In this document: positions 20,165 through 29,384 of the stretch, in pieces
How positions within the stretch are numbered: position 1 is the stretch's first letter
Layout: each line of letters starts with the position of its first letter
Origin: Candidatus Wildermuthbacteria bacterium
Lineage (GTDB): Bacteria > Patescibacteriota > Minisyncoccia > Minisyncoccales > PEYH01
Direction of reading: 5' to 3'
DNA length: 64,000 bases
NCBI GenBank assembly: GCA_037445205.1
Contig: JBBIKX010000001.1
Span: forward strand, 8,767 to 72,766
Position numbers and translations under genes: made by a program
The notes under the pieces: model-generated
Databases searched by the model: none
Seen by the model: only the letters and a program-made list of their open reading frames with translations
Told to the model about the DNA's origin: nothing

Positions 20165-21970
20165 ATGAACAGCGCAGGCAAGATTCGTCAAAAATTTCTT
20201 AAGTTTTTTGAAAAAAGGGGACACAAAATCGTGCCATCATCTTCTCTTTTGCCCGCTGACCCTTCCGTTCTTTTTACCACCGCCGGCATGCAGCAATTTA
20301 AGCCCTACTTTTTGGGGGAAGAATCGCCCCACGGGGACAAGACGACAAGCTGCCAGAAATGCTTGCGCACTTCAGATATAGAGAGCGTGGGCGATGAAAG
20401 CCATCTGACATTTTTTGAAATGCTTGGAAATTTCAGCTTCGGAACTTATTTTAAAAAAGAGACTATAAAGATGGCGATTGATTTTTTAGTTGAAGAATGT
20501 AAATTGCCGATTAAAAATATTTGGGTAACAGTTTTTGGAGGAGAGGCTGGTATGCCGCCGGATGAAGAATCTCCGAAAATCTGGCAGGAGATTGGGATTC
20601 CTCCAGAAAGAATTTATTCTTTTGGAAAAAAAGATAATTTTTGGGGGCCTACGGGAAAAGAAGGTCCCTGCGGCCCGACTACTGAAATCCACTATGATTT
20701 GAGAGGCGGTTTTTGTTCCAAAAAAGAAAAATGCATGCCCGGCTGTAAATGCCAGAGATTTGTAGAGGTTTGGAATTTGGTGTTTAACCAGCACTATCAA
20801 AATGAGGACGGAAGCCTTGAGGCGTTAAGAAAAATTGGAGTTGATACGGGTATGGGACTGGAAAGATTAACGATGATCCTCCAAAACAAAAAATCAGTTT
20901 TTGAATCAGATCTTTTTTGGCCGATAATGAAAGTGATTGAGTCCAATTGCAAAAAAAAATATGAAACAGCGCCAAGACATTTCAGAATTATTGGCGATCA
21001 CCTGAAGTCATCTTGTTTTCTGATATCAGAGGGGATAACGCCCTCTAAAATTGAAAGAGGATATGTTTTAAGGCGTCTTTTGAGAAGATCTATGCGTTAT
21101 GGTAAAATGATAGAGTTAAAAGAAGAAGGATGGAGGCAAATTCTTGGCCAGATAATTGATCTTTATAAAAAAGATTATCCCGATATTTTTTACAATCAAA
21201 AGAAAATTTTTTCCATAATATCCGAGGAAAAAAGCAGATTTGACAAAACAATTCAGGAGGGAATCAGGGATTTTGAGAGATTAATCGCCGATTCTAATGG
21301 AAAAATAACGGGCAAAGAGCTCTTTGATCTTTCTGCAACGCATGGCCTTCCCTTGGATTTGATTCAGGATATTGCTTTTGAGCGGGGCATTCAATTTGAT
21401 AAAGACGGCTTTAACAGGGCGTTAAAAAAACATCAGGAGGTTTCGCGCGCCGGAGCAAAGAAAAAATTTGGAGGTCTCGGGGTGGACAGTTTGGAAAATG
21501 AACAGGAAATCAAAGAAGCAAAAAAACTTCACACGGCAACCCATATTCTTCACGCCGCGCTAAGAGAAATTTTGGGCAAAGAGGTAAAACAGATGGGTTC
21601 TGACATTACTCCTCAGAGGTTAAGATTTGATTTCTCTTTTAAAAGAAAGCTTGAAAAAGACGAGCTTGAGAAGATAGAAAGCTTTGTAAATAAGAAAATT
21701 AAGGCAAATCTTTCGGTCTCTAAAAAAGCAATGCCCTTAAAAAAAGCCCTTAGCGTCGGAGCGCTCGCTTTTTTTAAAGAAAGGTATCCGCAAACCGTAA
21801 ATGTTTATTTGATAAGAGATCCAGAAGGCAAAGCGGGATTTCTTTCAAGGGAAATTTGCGCAGGTCCTCATGTAAACGGAACTTTAGAGATAGGAGGGTT
21901 TAAAATCCTCAAAGAAGAAGCAGTGGGTTTAGGAATCAGAAGAATCAGGGCAGTAGTCGGAAAAAAATAA
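20165..21970 (+). CDS. alaS: Alanyl-tRNA synthetase (compact: catalytic + editing, no C-Ala domain)
   Basis: 601 aa; TTAGMQQFKPYFLG; editing HxxxH (HTATHILH) and CAGPHV motifs. Confidence 0.93.
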   Translation: MNSAGKIRQKFLKFFEKRGHKIVPSSSLLPADPSVLFTTAGMQQFKPYFLGEESPHGDKTTSCQKCLRTSDIESVGDESHLTFFEMLGNFSFGTYFKKETIKMAIDFLVEECKLPIKNIWVTVFGGEAGMPPDEESPKIWQEIGIPPERIYSFGKKDNFWGPTGKEGPCGPTTEIHYDLRGGFCSKKEKCMPGCKCQRFVEVWNLVFNQHYQNEDGSLEALRKIGVDTGMGLERLTMILQNKKSVFESDLFWPIMKVIESNCKKKYETAPRHFRIIGDHLKSSCFLISEGITPSKIERGYVLRRLLRRSMRYGKMIELKEEGWRQILGQIIDLYKKDYPDIFYNQKKIFSIISEEKSRFDKTIQEGIRDFERLIADSNGKITGKELFDLSATHGLPLDLIQDIAFERGIQFDKDGFNRALKKHQEVSRAGAKKKFGGLGVDSLENEQEIKEAKKLHTATHILHAALREILGKEVKQMGSDITPQRLRFDFSFKRKLEKDELEKIESFVNKKIKANLSVSKKAMPLKKALSVGALAFFKERYPQTVNVYLIRDPEGKAGFLSREICAGPHVNGTLEIGGFKILKEEAVGLGIRRIRAVVGKK

Positions 21971-21979
21971 TTTTAAATT

Positions 21980-23215
21980 ATGGCCAATATAAAAATTTAT
22001 GATATACGTCCGCCAAGGAAAGTAAAAAAAATAAGCCCGGATAAGGAAGTTTTAAAACAGCCAAAAAAATCCGACGCGAAAGCAAATATCAAAAAAATAT
22101 CAATAATATTTATTTTTTTTATCATTCTTTCCTTGGTTGTCATACAATTTTTTAACGCCTCAAAAGCGACTATATCAATATGGCCAAAAACTCAGGAAAA
22201 TGAATATCAGGTTTTTATAACAGCCGTTCCTCAGCAAAAAGAATTTGATGTTCTTGCCCAAACAATTCCCGCAACTGTTTTAGAAAAAGAAGAAGTGTTA
22301 ATAAAGGAATTTCAGTCGCCCAAGATTAATATTGGAGAAAAAGCGAAGGGCACGATCCGCGTCCACAGCAAACATCATTTGCCGACAACCCTTATCGCCA
22401 ATACAAGATTTTTGTCTTCCACCGAACCGACCCGTCAATTCGTCGCTTTAAAGCGATTTACGGTTCCGGCGGGAGGTTACGTGGATGTGGATGTTGTCGC
22501 CAGCGAGGCGGGAAGCGATTATAACATAGGACCCTCCACTTTTTCCATTCCGGGATTAAGAAATTTTTCTCCTCCGGAACTGTATTATAATCTTTACGGA
22601 AAATCCTCGGAAGAAATGACAGGAGGCGGCAATAAGGAAATTTTTAAAATTGACAAAAAGGCTGTTGAAAAAGCAAAAGAGGTTGCAGAAAAAGAAGCCC
22701 GGGAAATGATACAAAAAGAATTAGAAAAGCTTGCCGGTCAAGACAAATTATTGCAAAAAAGCATTTATAAAGAAATATTAGAATCATCTGCGCCATCCGC
22801 CCAAGAGCAGGAACAAAAAGAATTTTTCACATACAAAGTAAAGATTAGGGGCAAGGCTTTGATTGTTAAAAATTCCCAACTTTCGGATTTCATTATAAAA
22901 TATCTTTCGCTTAAAATGCCTCGTGATAAAGATGTCAACAAAGAAAAAATTGCCATAAAAAATTTTTCTGAAAATATTGATAAGGAAAATAACATCACCA
23001 TTGATTTGACCATTGCGTCTTATATCTTTTCTAAAATAGAAGATATGGCTATAAAAGAGATGAGTCGCAACCAGAGAGTGTCTAACATCAAGCGATACTT
23101 AACAGAAATTTATCCCCAGATGCAAAAAGAGCCCAAAATCAAAACCTCTCCATTTTTTCTAAAAAAACTTCCCGAGAGCTCCGAAAGCGTGGAAATTCAA
23201 ATTAAATTCGAATGA
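21980..23215 (+). CDS. Hypothetical N-terminally membrane-anchored (predicted extracytoplasmic) protein
   Basis: 411 aa; single TM near residues 40-58; no recognisable domain. Confidence 0.7.
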   Translation: MANIKIYDIRPPRKVKKISPDKEVLKQPKKSDAKANIKKISIIFIFFIILSLVVIQFFNASKATISIWPKTQENEYQVFITAVPQQKEFDVLAQTIPATVLEKEEVLIKEFQSPKINIGEKAKGTIRVHSKHHLPTTLIANTRFLSSTEPTRQFVALKRFTVPAGGYVDVDVVASEAGSDYNIGPSTFSIPGLRNFSPPELYYNLYGKSSEEMTGGGNKEIFKIDKKAVEKAKEVAEKEAREMIQKELEKLAGQDKLLQKSIYKEILESSAPSAQEQEQKEFFTYKVKIRGKALIVKNSQLSDFIIKYLSLKMPRDKDVNKEKIAIKNFSENIDKENNITIDLTIASYIFSKIEDMAIKEMSRNQRVSNIKRYLTEIYPQMQKEPKIKTSPFFLKKLPESSESVEIQIKFE

Positions 23216-23218
23216 TGC

Positions 23219-23247
23219 TTGACCTTTTTGTGCAATATTGCTATACT
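23219..23247 (+). promoter_or_regulatory. Sigma70-like promoter for infA (TTGACC - 17 - TATACT)
   Basis: Hexamers with 17-nt spacing about 45 nt upstream of infA; TTGTC/GACAA inverted repeat follows. Confidence 0.45.
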
Positions 23248-23292
23248 TTTTTACATTGTCCGGATTTAAAAAGACAATTTAGGAAGTAGCAA

Positions 23293-23511
23293 ATGTCTAA
23301 AAACAAAGCCCACAAGGTAGACGGAATGGTAATTGAATCTCTGCCCAATGCAACTTTTAGGGTCAAGCTTGATGATGGAAGGGAAATTTTGGCGCATCTT
23401 GCGGGCAAATTAAGAATATATAGAATAAGGGTTCTGCCCGGAGACAGGGTTGTGGTAGAACTACCATCTTTACAAGACCTAAGAGGCAGAATCACATACA
23501 GAAAAAAATAA
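23293..23511 (+). CDS. infA: Translation initiation factor IF-1
   Basis: 72 aa; S1-like OB fold. Confidence 0.93.
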   Translation: MSKNKAHKVDGMVIESLPNATFRVKLDDGREILAHLAGKLRIYRIRVLPGDRVVVELPSLQDLRGRITYRKK

Positions 23512-23525
23512 AGTTTTTTTGAAAT

Positions 23526-23639
23526 ATGAAGGTGAGACCATCAGTAAAAAAAATTTGTCAAAAATGCAAAATCGTCAGAAGAAAAGGACGAATTTATGTT
23601 ATTTGCGAAAATAAAAAACATAAGCAAAGACAGGGATAA
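23526..23639 (+). CDS. rpmJ: 50S ribosomal protein L36 (zinc-ribbon type)
   Basis: Manual translation [37 protein letters not shown] (37 aa, below ORF-track cutoff); classic infA-rpmJ-rpsM order. Confidence 0.9.
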   Translation: MKVRPSVKKICQKCKIVRRKGRIYVICENKKHKQRQG

Positions 23640-23641
23640 TT

Positions 23642-24031
23642 ATGGCCAGAATTTCAGGGATAAATCTCCCCGACAATAAAAAAATAGAAGTTGGATTGTC
23701 CTATATATACGGAATAGGCCCTTCTTTGAGCAAAAAAATTATAAAAGAGACCAAGATCAGCGCCGCTAAAAAAGTTTCTGAACTTAGCGCCGAAGAAGTC
23801 AGCAGAATTCAGGATTACATCATTAAAAACTTTAAAGTTGAGGGGGATTTGAAAAGAGAAACGATGATGAATATCAAAAGATTAAAGGAAATCAGTTGCT
23901 GGCGCGGGATAAGACATATAAAGAAATTGCCGACAAGAGGCCAGACTACCAGAGTGAATTCAAGAACCGTCAGGGGAAACGTGAGAAAGACGGTTGGTTC
24001 GGGGAGAAAACCGCCTCCCGCTCCTACCTAA
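23642..24031 (+). CDS. rpsM: 30S ribosomal protein S13
   Basis: 129 aa; MARISGINLP N-terminus. Confidence 0.95.
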   Translation: MARISGINLPDNKKIEVGLSYIYGIGPSLSKKIIKETKISAAKKVSELSAEEVSRIQDYIIKNFKVEGDLKRETMMNIKRLKEISCWRGIRHIKKLPTRGQTTRVNSRTVRGNVRKTVGSGRKPPPAPT

Positions 24032-24045
24032 TAAACTAAATTAAT

Positions 24046-24498
24046 ATGGGAAAGAAAAAAGTCATTAAACAAACAGAAGAAGAAGTTTTAAAAGAGAGAG
24101 AAGAGCTTGAAACAAAGATTCAAAAAATTTCTCCGACAAAATCAATAAAGAAGATTAATTCAGGCATAATTTTTATTACTTCTACTTACAATAATACAAT
24201 CCTTACGCTGACCGACCGCAAGGGCAATGTTTTGTCTTGGGTTAGCGCGGGCAAAATAGGATTTAGGGGGACAAAAAAAGGAACTCCTTACGCGGCGGTA
24301 AAAGCCGCAGAGGTTCTGGTTGGCGCAATAGAGAAAATAAAACTGGACGAGGTTGAGGTAAAGATAAAAGGCATTGGAACAGGCAGAGAATCAGCCCTGA
24401 GAACTTTAGCGGGAAGGGGAGTGAATATTGTTTCCATAGAAGACATCACACCTATTCCTCATAATGGTTGCAAAAGGCCCAAGCCCCGCAGAGTTTAA
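24046..24498 (+). CDS. rpsK: 30S ribosomal protein S11
   Basis: 150 aa; operon position. Confidence 0.95.
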   Translation: MGKKKVIKQTEEEVLKEREELETKIQKISPTKSIKKINSGIIFITSTYNNTILTLTDRKGNVLSWVSAGKIGFRGTKKGTPYAAVKAAEVLVGAIEKIKLDEVEVKIKGIGTGRESALRTLAGRGVNIVSIEDITPIPHNGCKRPKPRRV

Positions 24499-24524
24499 AC
24501 AACAAGGATTAATCATGGATAAAA

Positions 24525-25169
24525 ATGGAAAAAAAACCACAATGCAGAATTTGTAGAAGAAGGCAGAAAAAGCTTTTCTTAAAGGGAGATAAGTGCAATT
24601 CTCCCAAATGTCCCATTATAAAAAAACCATATCCCCCCGGCACGAAAAAGAAAAGAAGGATGGGCGGTTTTTCCGAATATGCCAAAGAGTTGCAGGAAAA
24701 GCAAAAATTAAAGAATTATTATAATTTAAGCGAGAAACAGCTTAATAAATACATCAAAGATATTTTGGAGAAAAGCCGCAAGGGATCTTGGAAGGCCCAA
24801 GACGCCACAGAATCTTTAATAAAAAGATTAGAATTGCGCTTGGACAACGTTGTTTATCAAATGGGATTGGCAGAATCAAGAAAGGCGGCCAAGCAAGTCG
24901 TTTCACATGGCCATCTTTGGGTTAATGGAAAATCAATAGACATACCCAGCATTGAACTTAAAAAGGGAGACAAGATAAGCGTTAGGCCCCATTCCCTTAA
25001 AAAGAATATATTCAAAGACAAGGAAGCTTTGATAAAAAAACATCAACCTCCAGTTTGGATTAAATTTGATGCGGAAAAGTGGAGCGGGGAAATTATTGGT
25101 TTCCCCTCGGTAGAGGTTGCGGCCCCGCCGGCGGATATTACTGTCGTTTTCGAATTCTATTCGAAATAA
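24525..25169 (+). CDS. rpsD: 30S ribosomal protein S4 (with N-terminal zinc ribbon)
   Basis: 214 aa; CRICRR...CNSPKC; S4 domain. Confidence 0.95.
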   Translation: MEKKPQCRICRRRQKKLFLKGDKCNSPKCPIIKKPYPPGTKKKRRMGGFSEYAKELQEKQKLKNYYNLSEKQLNKYIKDILEKSRKGSWKAQDATESLIKRLELRLDNVVYQMGLAESRKAAKQVVSHGHLWVNGKSIDIPSIELKKGDKISVRPHSLKKNIFKDKEALIKKHQPPVWIKFDAEKWSGEIIGFPSVEVAAPPADITVVFEFYSK

Positions 25170-25198
25170 AAATTTAAAATTAATTCATAAACAAAAAT

Positions 25199-26152
25199 AT
25201 GATTCCCTTGCCCACTATTATGAAAATAACGCAGAAAAATGAAAATTATGCTGAATTTATGATCGAGCCGCTTTATCCGGGATATGGCATTACTCTTGGC
25301 AATACTCTCCGCAGAGCGCTTTTTTCCTCGCTGGAGGGAGCGGCGCCGACAGAGGTTAAAATTAAGGGAGTGCAGCACGAATTCTCTACTATTCCGGGAG
25401 TCATAGAAGATGTGATTCACATTTGCTTAAACTTAAAAAAACTTAGATTCAAAATTTTTGGCGATGAACCAATAAGGGCAACGCTGAAAATAAAAGGGCA
25501 GAAAGAAGTAAAGGGGGGCGATTTTGAATTGCCTTCTCAACTGGAATTAGTGAATAAAAACCAGCATATCGCCAGTTTGACCAAAAAAGACGCAGAATTG
25601 GAAATGGAAATTATAGTGAAAAATGGCATTGGCTATGAAACCAGGGAAATGAGATCAAAGGAAAAACTGCCCGTAGGTCAAATATCACTGGATGCAATTT
25701 ATACACCCATAAGAAGGGTTAATTTCAGGATAGAAAATATGCGCTTTGGCGAAAGAACAGATTTTGATCGGTTATTTGTTGAAATTGAAACCGACGGCAC
25801 TATACAGCCCCAAGAAGCGCTTTTGAAAGCAAACGATGTTTTAATAAAGCATTTTCAATTTGTAGCCAATGAAGGGGTGGGATTTTTAACAGACAAGGCC
25901 TCGGAAGAGAAAAAAGAAAAAAAGAAAACTGCAAAAAAAGAAGAATTTCAAGATATTTCTAAAATGCCGATATCCCAGCTTAAGCTGTCCAACAGAACCA
26001 TTAATGCTTTGTCGGGCGCGCACATTAAGACAGTTGGAGGGCTTTTAAAGAAAAAAGAAAAAGATCTTCTTGGGCTTGAGGGCTTGGGGCAAAAGGGGAT
26101 TGAGGAAATCAAAAAAATACTAAAAACATTAGATATAGAGATAAAGAAATAG
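25199..26152 (+). CDS. rpoA: DNA-directed RNA polymerase subunit alpha
   Basis: 317 aa; NTD dimerisation and CTD. Confidence 0.95.
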   Translation: MIPLPTIMKITQKNENYAEFMIEPLYPGYGITLGNTLRRALFSSLEGAAPTEVKIKGVQHEFSTIPGVIEDVIHICLNLKKLRFKIFGDEPIRATLKIKGQKEVKGGDFELPSQLELVNKNQHIASLTKKDAELEMEIIVKNGIGYETREMRSKEKLPVGQISLDAIYTPIRRVNFRIENMRFGERTDFDRLFVEIETDGTIQPQEALLKANDVLIKHFQFVANEGVGFLTDKASEEKKEKKKTAKKEEFQDISKMPISQLKLSNRTINALSGAHIKTVGGLLKKKEKDLLGLEGLGQKGIEEIKKILKTLDIEIKK

Positions 26153-26158
26153 AGGTTT

Positions 26159-26509
26159 ATGTGGAAAAGAAAAAAAGGAAGAAAATTTCATAGAGAGAAA
26201 GATCAGAGGAAGGCCTTTATAAAGTCTTTGCTTGGGGCGTTGATTATGAAAGAAAGAATTGAAACAACGCAAGCCAGAGCCAAAGAAATTTCCGGATTGG
26301 CGGAGAAATTAATCACCAAAGCCAAAGCGGGAGGCTTAAGTTCAAGGAGATTAACATCCAAAATTTTATCATACAAAGCGTCCAAGAAATTATTTGAGAA
26401 ATTAGCGCCTCAATATAAAGACAGGAAAGGAGGATATACCAGAGTTTTAAAAACAGGTCATAGGAAAGGAGATGGCGCCAAAAAAGCAATTATTGAATTC
26501 GTAAAATAG
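26159..26509 (+). CDS. rplQ: 50S ribosomal protein L17
   Basis: 116 aa; after rpoA. Confidence 0.9.
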   Translation: MWKRKKGRKFHREKDQRKAFIKSLLGALIMKERIETTQARAKEISGLAEKLITKAKAGGLSSRRLTSKILSYKASKKLFEKLAPQYKDRKGGYTRVLKTGHRKGDGAKKAIIEFVK

Positions 26510-26513
26510 TTAT

Positions 26514-26888
26514 ATGAAAAGCATTATCAAGAGAAAAACACACATCATTGACGCCAAAGATCGATCGCTTGGGAGATTGGCCAGCGAAATTGCGCTTTTG
26601 CTTCAGGGAAAGCACAAACCCGATTACGCTCCTCACAAAGATATAGGCGATAGGGTAGTTATCAGAAATTTGGATAAAATTAAATTTAGCGGACGAAAAA
26701 TTGACAAGAAAAATTTTTACTATCACACAACTTTTCCCAAGGGCTTGAAAACAACCCCTCTTAGAAAGTTTTTGGAGAAAAACCCATTTAAAGTTTTAGA
26801 GCTGGCTGTTTTGGGAATGCTCCCCAAGAATAAACTTAGAAAAAGAATGATCAGCAGGTTAAAGATTGAAGATTTTTCTAAAAATTAA
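26514..26888 (+). CDS. rplM: 50S ribosomal protein L13
   Basis: 124 aa; L13-S9 pair. Confidence 0.93.
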   Translation: MKSIIKRKTHIIDAKDRSLGRLASEIALLLQGKHKPDYAPHKDIGDRVVIRNLDKIKFSGRKIDKKNFYYHTTFPKGLKTTPLRKFLEKNPFKVLELAVLGMLPKNKLRKRMISRLKIEDFSKN

Positions 26889-26893
26889 ATCAT

Positions 26894-27367
26894 ATGCCAA
26901 GAAAAAAAACTAAAAAAACAAAAGATCCGGTAAAAGTCAAGGCGAAAGAGGAATTGAAGCAGAAGAAAAGCAAAGAAGATCGCTATATAGAAGCTGTTGG
27001 TCGCCGAAAAAGAGCAATTGCAAGATTAAGATTTAAAAAACACGAAGGGAAGGAAATTTTTATAAACGATAAAAAATTATTTGAATATTTTCCCCCAAAA
27101 GAATTGCAAGAAATTGTTTTTTCTCCTCTTTACAAAATAAATCTTTCTGAAAACTTTAAAATTACAATCAAGGTCAAGGGCGGGGGAGTCCGCGCGCAGG
27201 CAGAGGCAATAAGGCATGCATTGGCGCGGGCGCTTGTTAAGAGCAATGAAGATTTCAAAAAAAGATTAAAAAAGGCAGGATTCCTTACGCGAGATCCCCG
27301 CGAAAGAGAAAGAAAAAAGTTTGGACTTAAGCGGGCAAGGAGAGCTCCGCAGTGGTCTAAACGATAA
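26894..27367 (+). CDS. rpsI: 30S ribosomal protein S9 (Lys-rich N-terminal extension)
   Basis: 157 aa; C-terminal ...GLKRARRAPQWSKR. Confidence 0.93.
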   Translation: MPRKKTKKTKDPVKVKAKEELKQKKSKEDRYIEAVGRRKRAIARLRFKKHEGKEIFINDKKLFEYFPPKELQEIVFSPLYKINLSENFKITIKVKGGGVRAQAEAIRHALARALVKSNEDFKKRLKKAGFLTRDPRERERKKFGLKRARRAPQWSKR

Positions 27368-27389
27368 AGACTTAATTTTTAAACGCAAC

Positions 27390-27415
27390 AAACCCCGCTC
27401 CTAAGCGGGGTTTTG
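27390..27415 (+). terminator. Intrinsic terminator after rpsI (CCCCGCT/AGCGGGG plus TTTT)
   Basis: 7-bp GC stem and U-tract. Confidence 0.6.
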
Positions 27416-27419
27416 GCAC

Positions 27420-27447
27420 TTGATCGCGGCTGAGAATAGGCTATAAT
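27420..27447 (+). promoter_or_regulatory. Sigma70-like promoter (TTGATC - 16 - TATAAT) for HTH gene
   Basis: Consensus -10, good -35, 20 nt upstream of ATG. Confidence 0.5.
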
Positions 27448-27467
27448 TAATGTAATTCGTAAAAATA

Positions 27468-27710
27468 ATGGAAAACAATCAAAAAGAGCCAAAAAAAATT
27501 CCGTTATTTAATACTTCAAGGCATGCAAGGAAAATAAAAGCGACAACTCTTTTAACGCCACAAGAAGTGGCAGAAAGATTAAGGTTAAAGCGCTCTACCA
27601 TTTGGGAATATATTCGCAAGGGAAAAATAAAAGCAATAAGATTCAATAAAAGAACTTGGCGCATTCTGGAAAAAGATCTTAATAGGTTTCTGAAGCAATG
27701 CAGGCGATAG
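27468..27710 (+). CDS. Small helix-turn-helix DNA-binding protein, excisionase/MerR-like (HTH_17-type)
   Basis: 80 aa; LLTPQEVAERLRLKRSTIWEYIRKGKIKAIRFNKRTWRI matches the excisionase-family HTH pattern. Confidence 0.65.
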   Translation: MENNQKEPKKIPLFNTSRHARKIKATTLLTPQEVAERLRLKRSTIWEYIRKGKIKAIRFNKRTWRILEKDLNRFLKQCRR

Positions 27711-27807
27711 ATATATTTTGCTATATTGACTCAGGTCAAATCAATCGTATCTGAACTTTTTGATTTCATATGGTTTTTTGGGCTTTTGTCCGGGCGCAGC
27801 AGTGAAT

Positions 27808-27840
27808 GCCCTCCGAGCAATCGGAGGGCTCTTCTTCTTT
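27808..27840 (+). terminator. Intrinsic terminator (GCCCTCCGA/TCGGAGGGC plus TCTTCTTCTTT)
   Basis: 9-bp perfect stem, GCAA loop. Confidence 0.6.
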
Positions 27841-27860
27841 CAAGAATTAAAATTTAAAAG

Positions 27861-29303
27861 CTATCTTAAAATCTCATTATTTGAATAAAACTTGTCTTTT
27901 TCCAAAACAAAAAGAGTTTTTTTCTCGCCAATCCATAAAATCTTTGCGTTGTTAAACTCTGATATTTGCCAGATATTGACCGGTTTTCTATCATCAATTT
28001 CTATTATAAAAATTCCGCTGCGCCCGGAAAAAATTAAATGATTCAAGCCCAGCCAAAAAATTTCATTCACTGGTTCCTTAAATTCAGCCAATTTGACGAT
28101 TTCCATTTCTTGGCGATGGGGTTGCTCATATTCTTTTTCTAAATAAAAAATTTCTATTTGATTGCCTTTCAAGATAGATATTTTTCTGTTTTCTTTATCC
28201 GCCAAAACCTTGTTTACATTTTCAGAGACTTTGTAAAAAATATGCGTTTTTGGATTTATATAGTAAAGATTCTCATCGCCCAGGACAAAAAACCGGGAAT
28301 TTGGGTAAGCAAAAATTTTATAACTTTTTTCATTCATTTCCAGGGGTTTCAAATTCAATATTTCCGAAACAATAATGATATGGTCTCTTATAAATGTTTT
28401 GTACAAAAAACCGCTGCTGCCCAGTAAAATCAAATCGCCGTTTAAAAAAGAAAAATCCATTATTTGGTCATCAAAAAAGGCTTCATTCATTAGCGATATT
28501 TGGTTAAGCTGTTCGTCAAGCGTCCAAAGGCGATCTTTTTTATTGTTTTTTACATCATCGCCGATAAAAACAATTTCGTTTTGATTTTGAGGATTAAATT
28601 TGGCTGATTTTAGGGAAAACTCAATTTCAATGGGAATTAATTTGTTTTGAGAGATATCTACTAAAAATATCCTTTTCTGTTTATCAAGGGCTGCCTCAAA
28701 AATAATTTTTTTTTCGTCCCCTGACCAGATGACTTCGTTTATGGTCAAAGATGTTTTTGGCTTTTTTATCTTGAAATGCGGGATTAGCTGGTCTTCTGAA
28801 AAAAGCTGGCTGATTTTCGAGTCAAAATGGCTCAATAGCAATATTCTCCTTTCTTCCTTTTCTGCTCCTTGGTCTGCGACAGAAAAACGCCCCGAGGGAG
28901 AGAAAAATATTTCTTTAATGTTTTCATAAGAAAAGGAAAAATTTATATTTTGAGGGATAAGAAGGATATTTTTCGCTTCAGTCACCATTGATTCTTCTAT
29001 GGTAAGAATTTTTTCCCATTTTTGATAATTATCCCTTTCTATCCTTATATGATAATCTCCGGGCAAAAGGTTATTCAAAAAAACCGAACTAAAAATTGGG
29101 TTTGTTTTTTTAATAAGGCGGTCGTTTATATAAATTTTGGCTGTTGATGGTTCGCTTTTAAGATAAAGTCCTCCCAAATGAACGATTTTATATGAAGCGA
29201 AATCAAAACGATATCCGTTTATATAAAAAAGAGTCAAGGGGGCGCAAGTTAAAAAAGCCAACGAAAGCGCTAAAAGCAGAATTTTTTTATGAAGCTTTTT
29301 CAT
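27861..29303 (-). CDS. Secreted/membrane-anchored PEGA-domain protein with beta-propeller-like repeats
   Basis: 480 aa; N-terminal signal/TM; PEGA-like segment KSEPSTAKIYINDRLI...LPGDYHIRIERDNY. Confidence 0.7.
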   Translation of the reverse strand: MKKLHKKILLLALSLAFLTCAPLTLFYINGYRFDFASYKIVHLGGLYLKSEPSTAKIYINDRLIKKTNPIFSSVFLNNLLPGDYHIRIERDNYQKWEKILTIEESMVTEAKNILLIPQNINFSFSYENIKEIFFSPSGRFSVADQGAEKEERRILLLSHFDSKISQLFSEDQLIPHFKIKKPKTSLTINEVIWSGDEKKIIFEAALDKQKRIFLVDISQNKLIPIEIEFSLKSAKFNPQNQNEIVFIGDDVKNNKKDRLWTLDEQLNQISLMNEAFFDDQIMDFSFLNGDLILLGSSGFLYKTFIRDHIIIVSEILNLKPLEMNEKSYKIFAYPNSRFFVLGDENLYYINPKTHIFYKVSENVNKVLADKENRKISILKGNQIEIFYLEKEYEQPHRQEMEIVKLAEFKEPVNEIFWLGLNHLIFSGRSGIFIIEIDDRKPVNIWQISEFNNAKILWIGEKKTLFVLEKDKFYSNNEILR

Positions 29304-29384
29304 AATTTAACTTATTCTATCATAAAATATCCTTTTTTGAAGCAATTGCCAAAAATGCTTTTTTAGTTTAAGATTAAAAAATCT

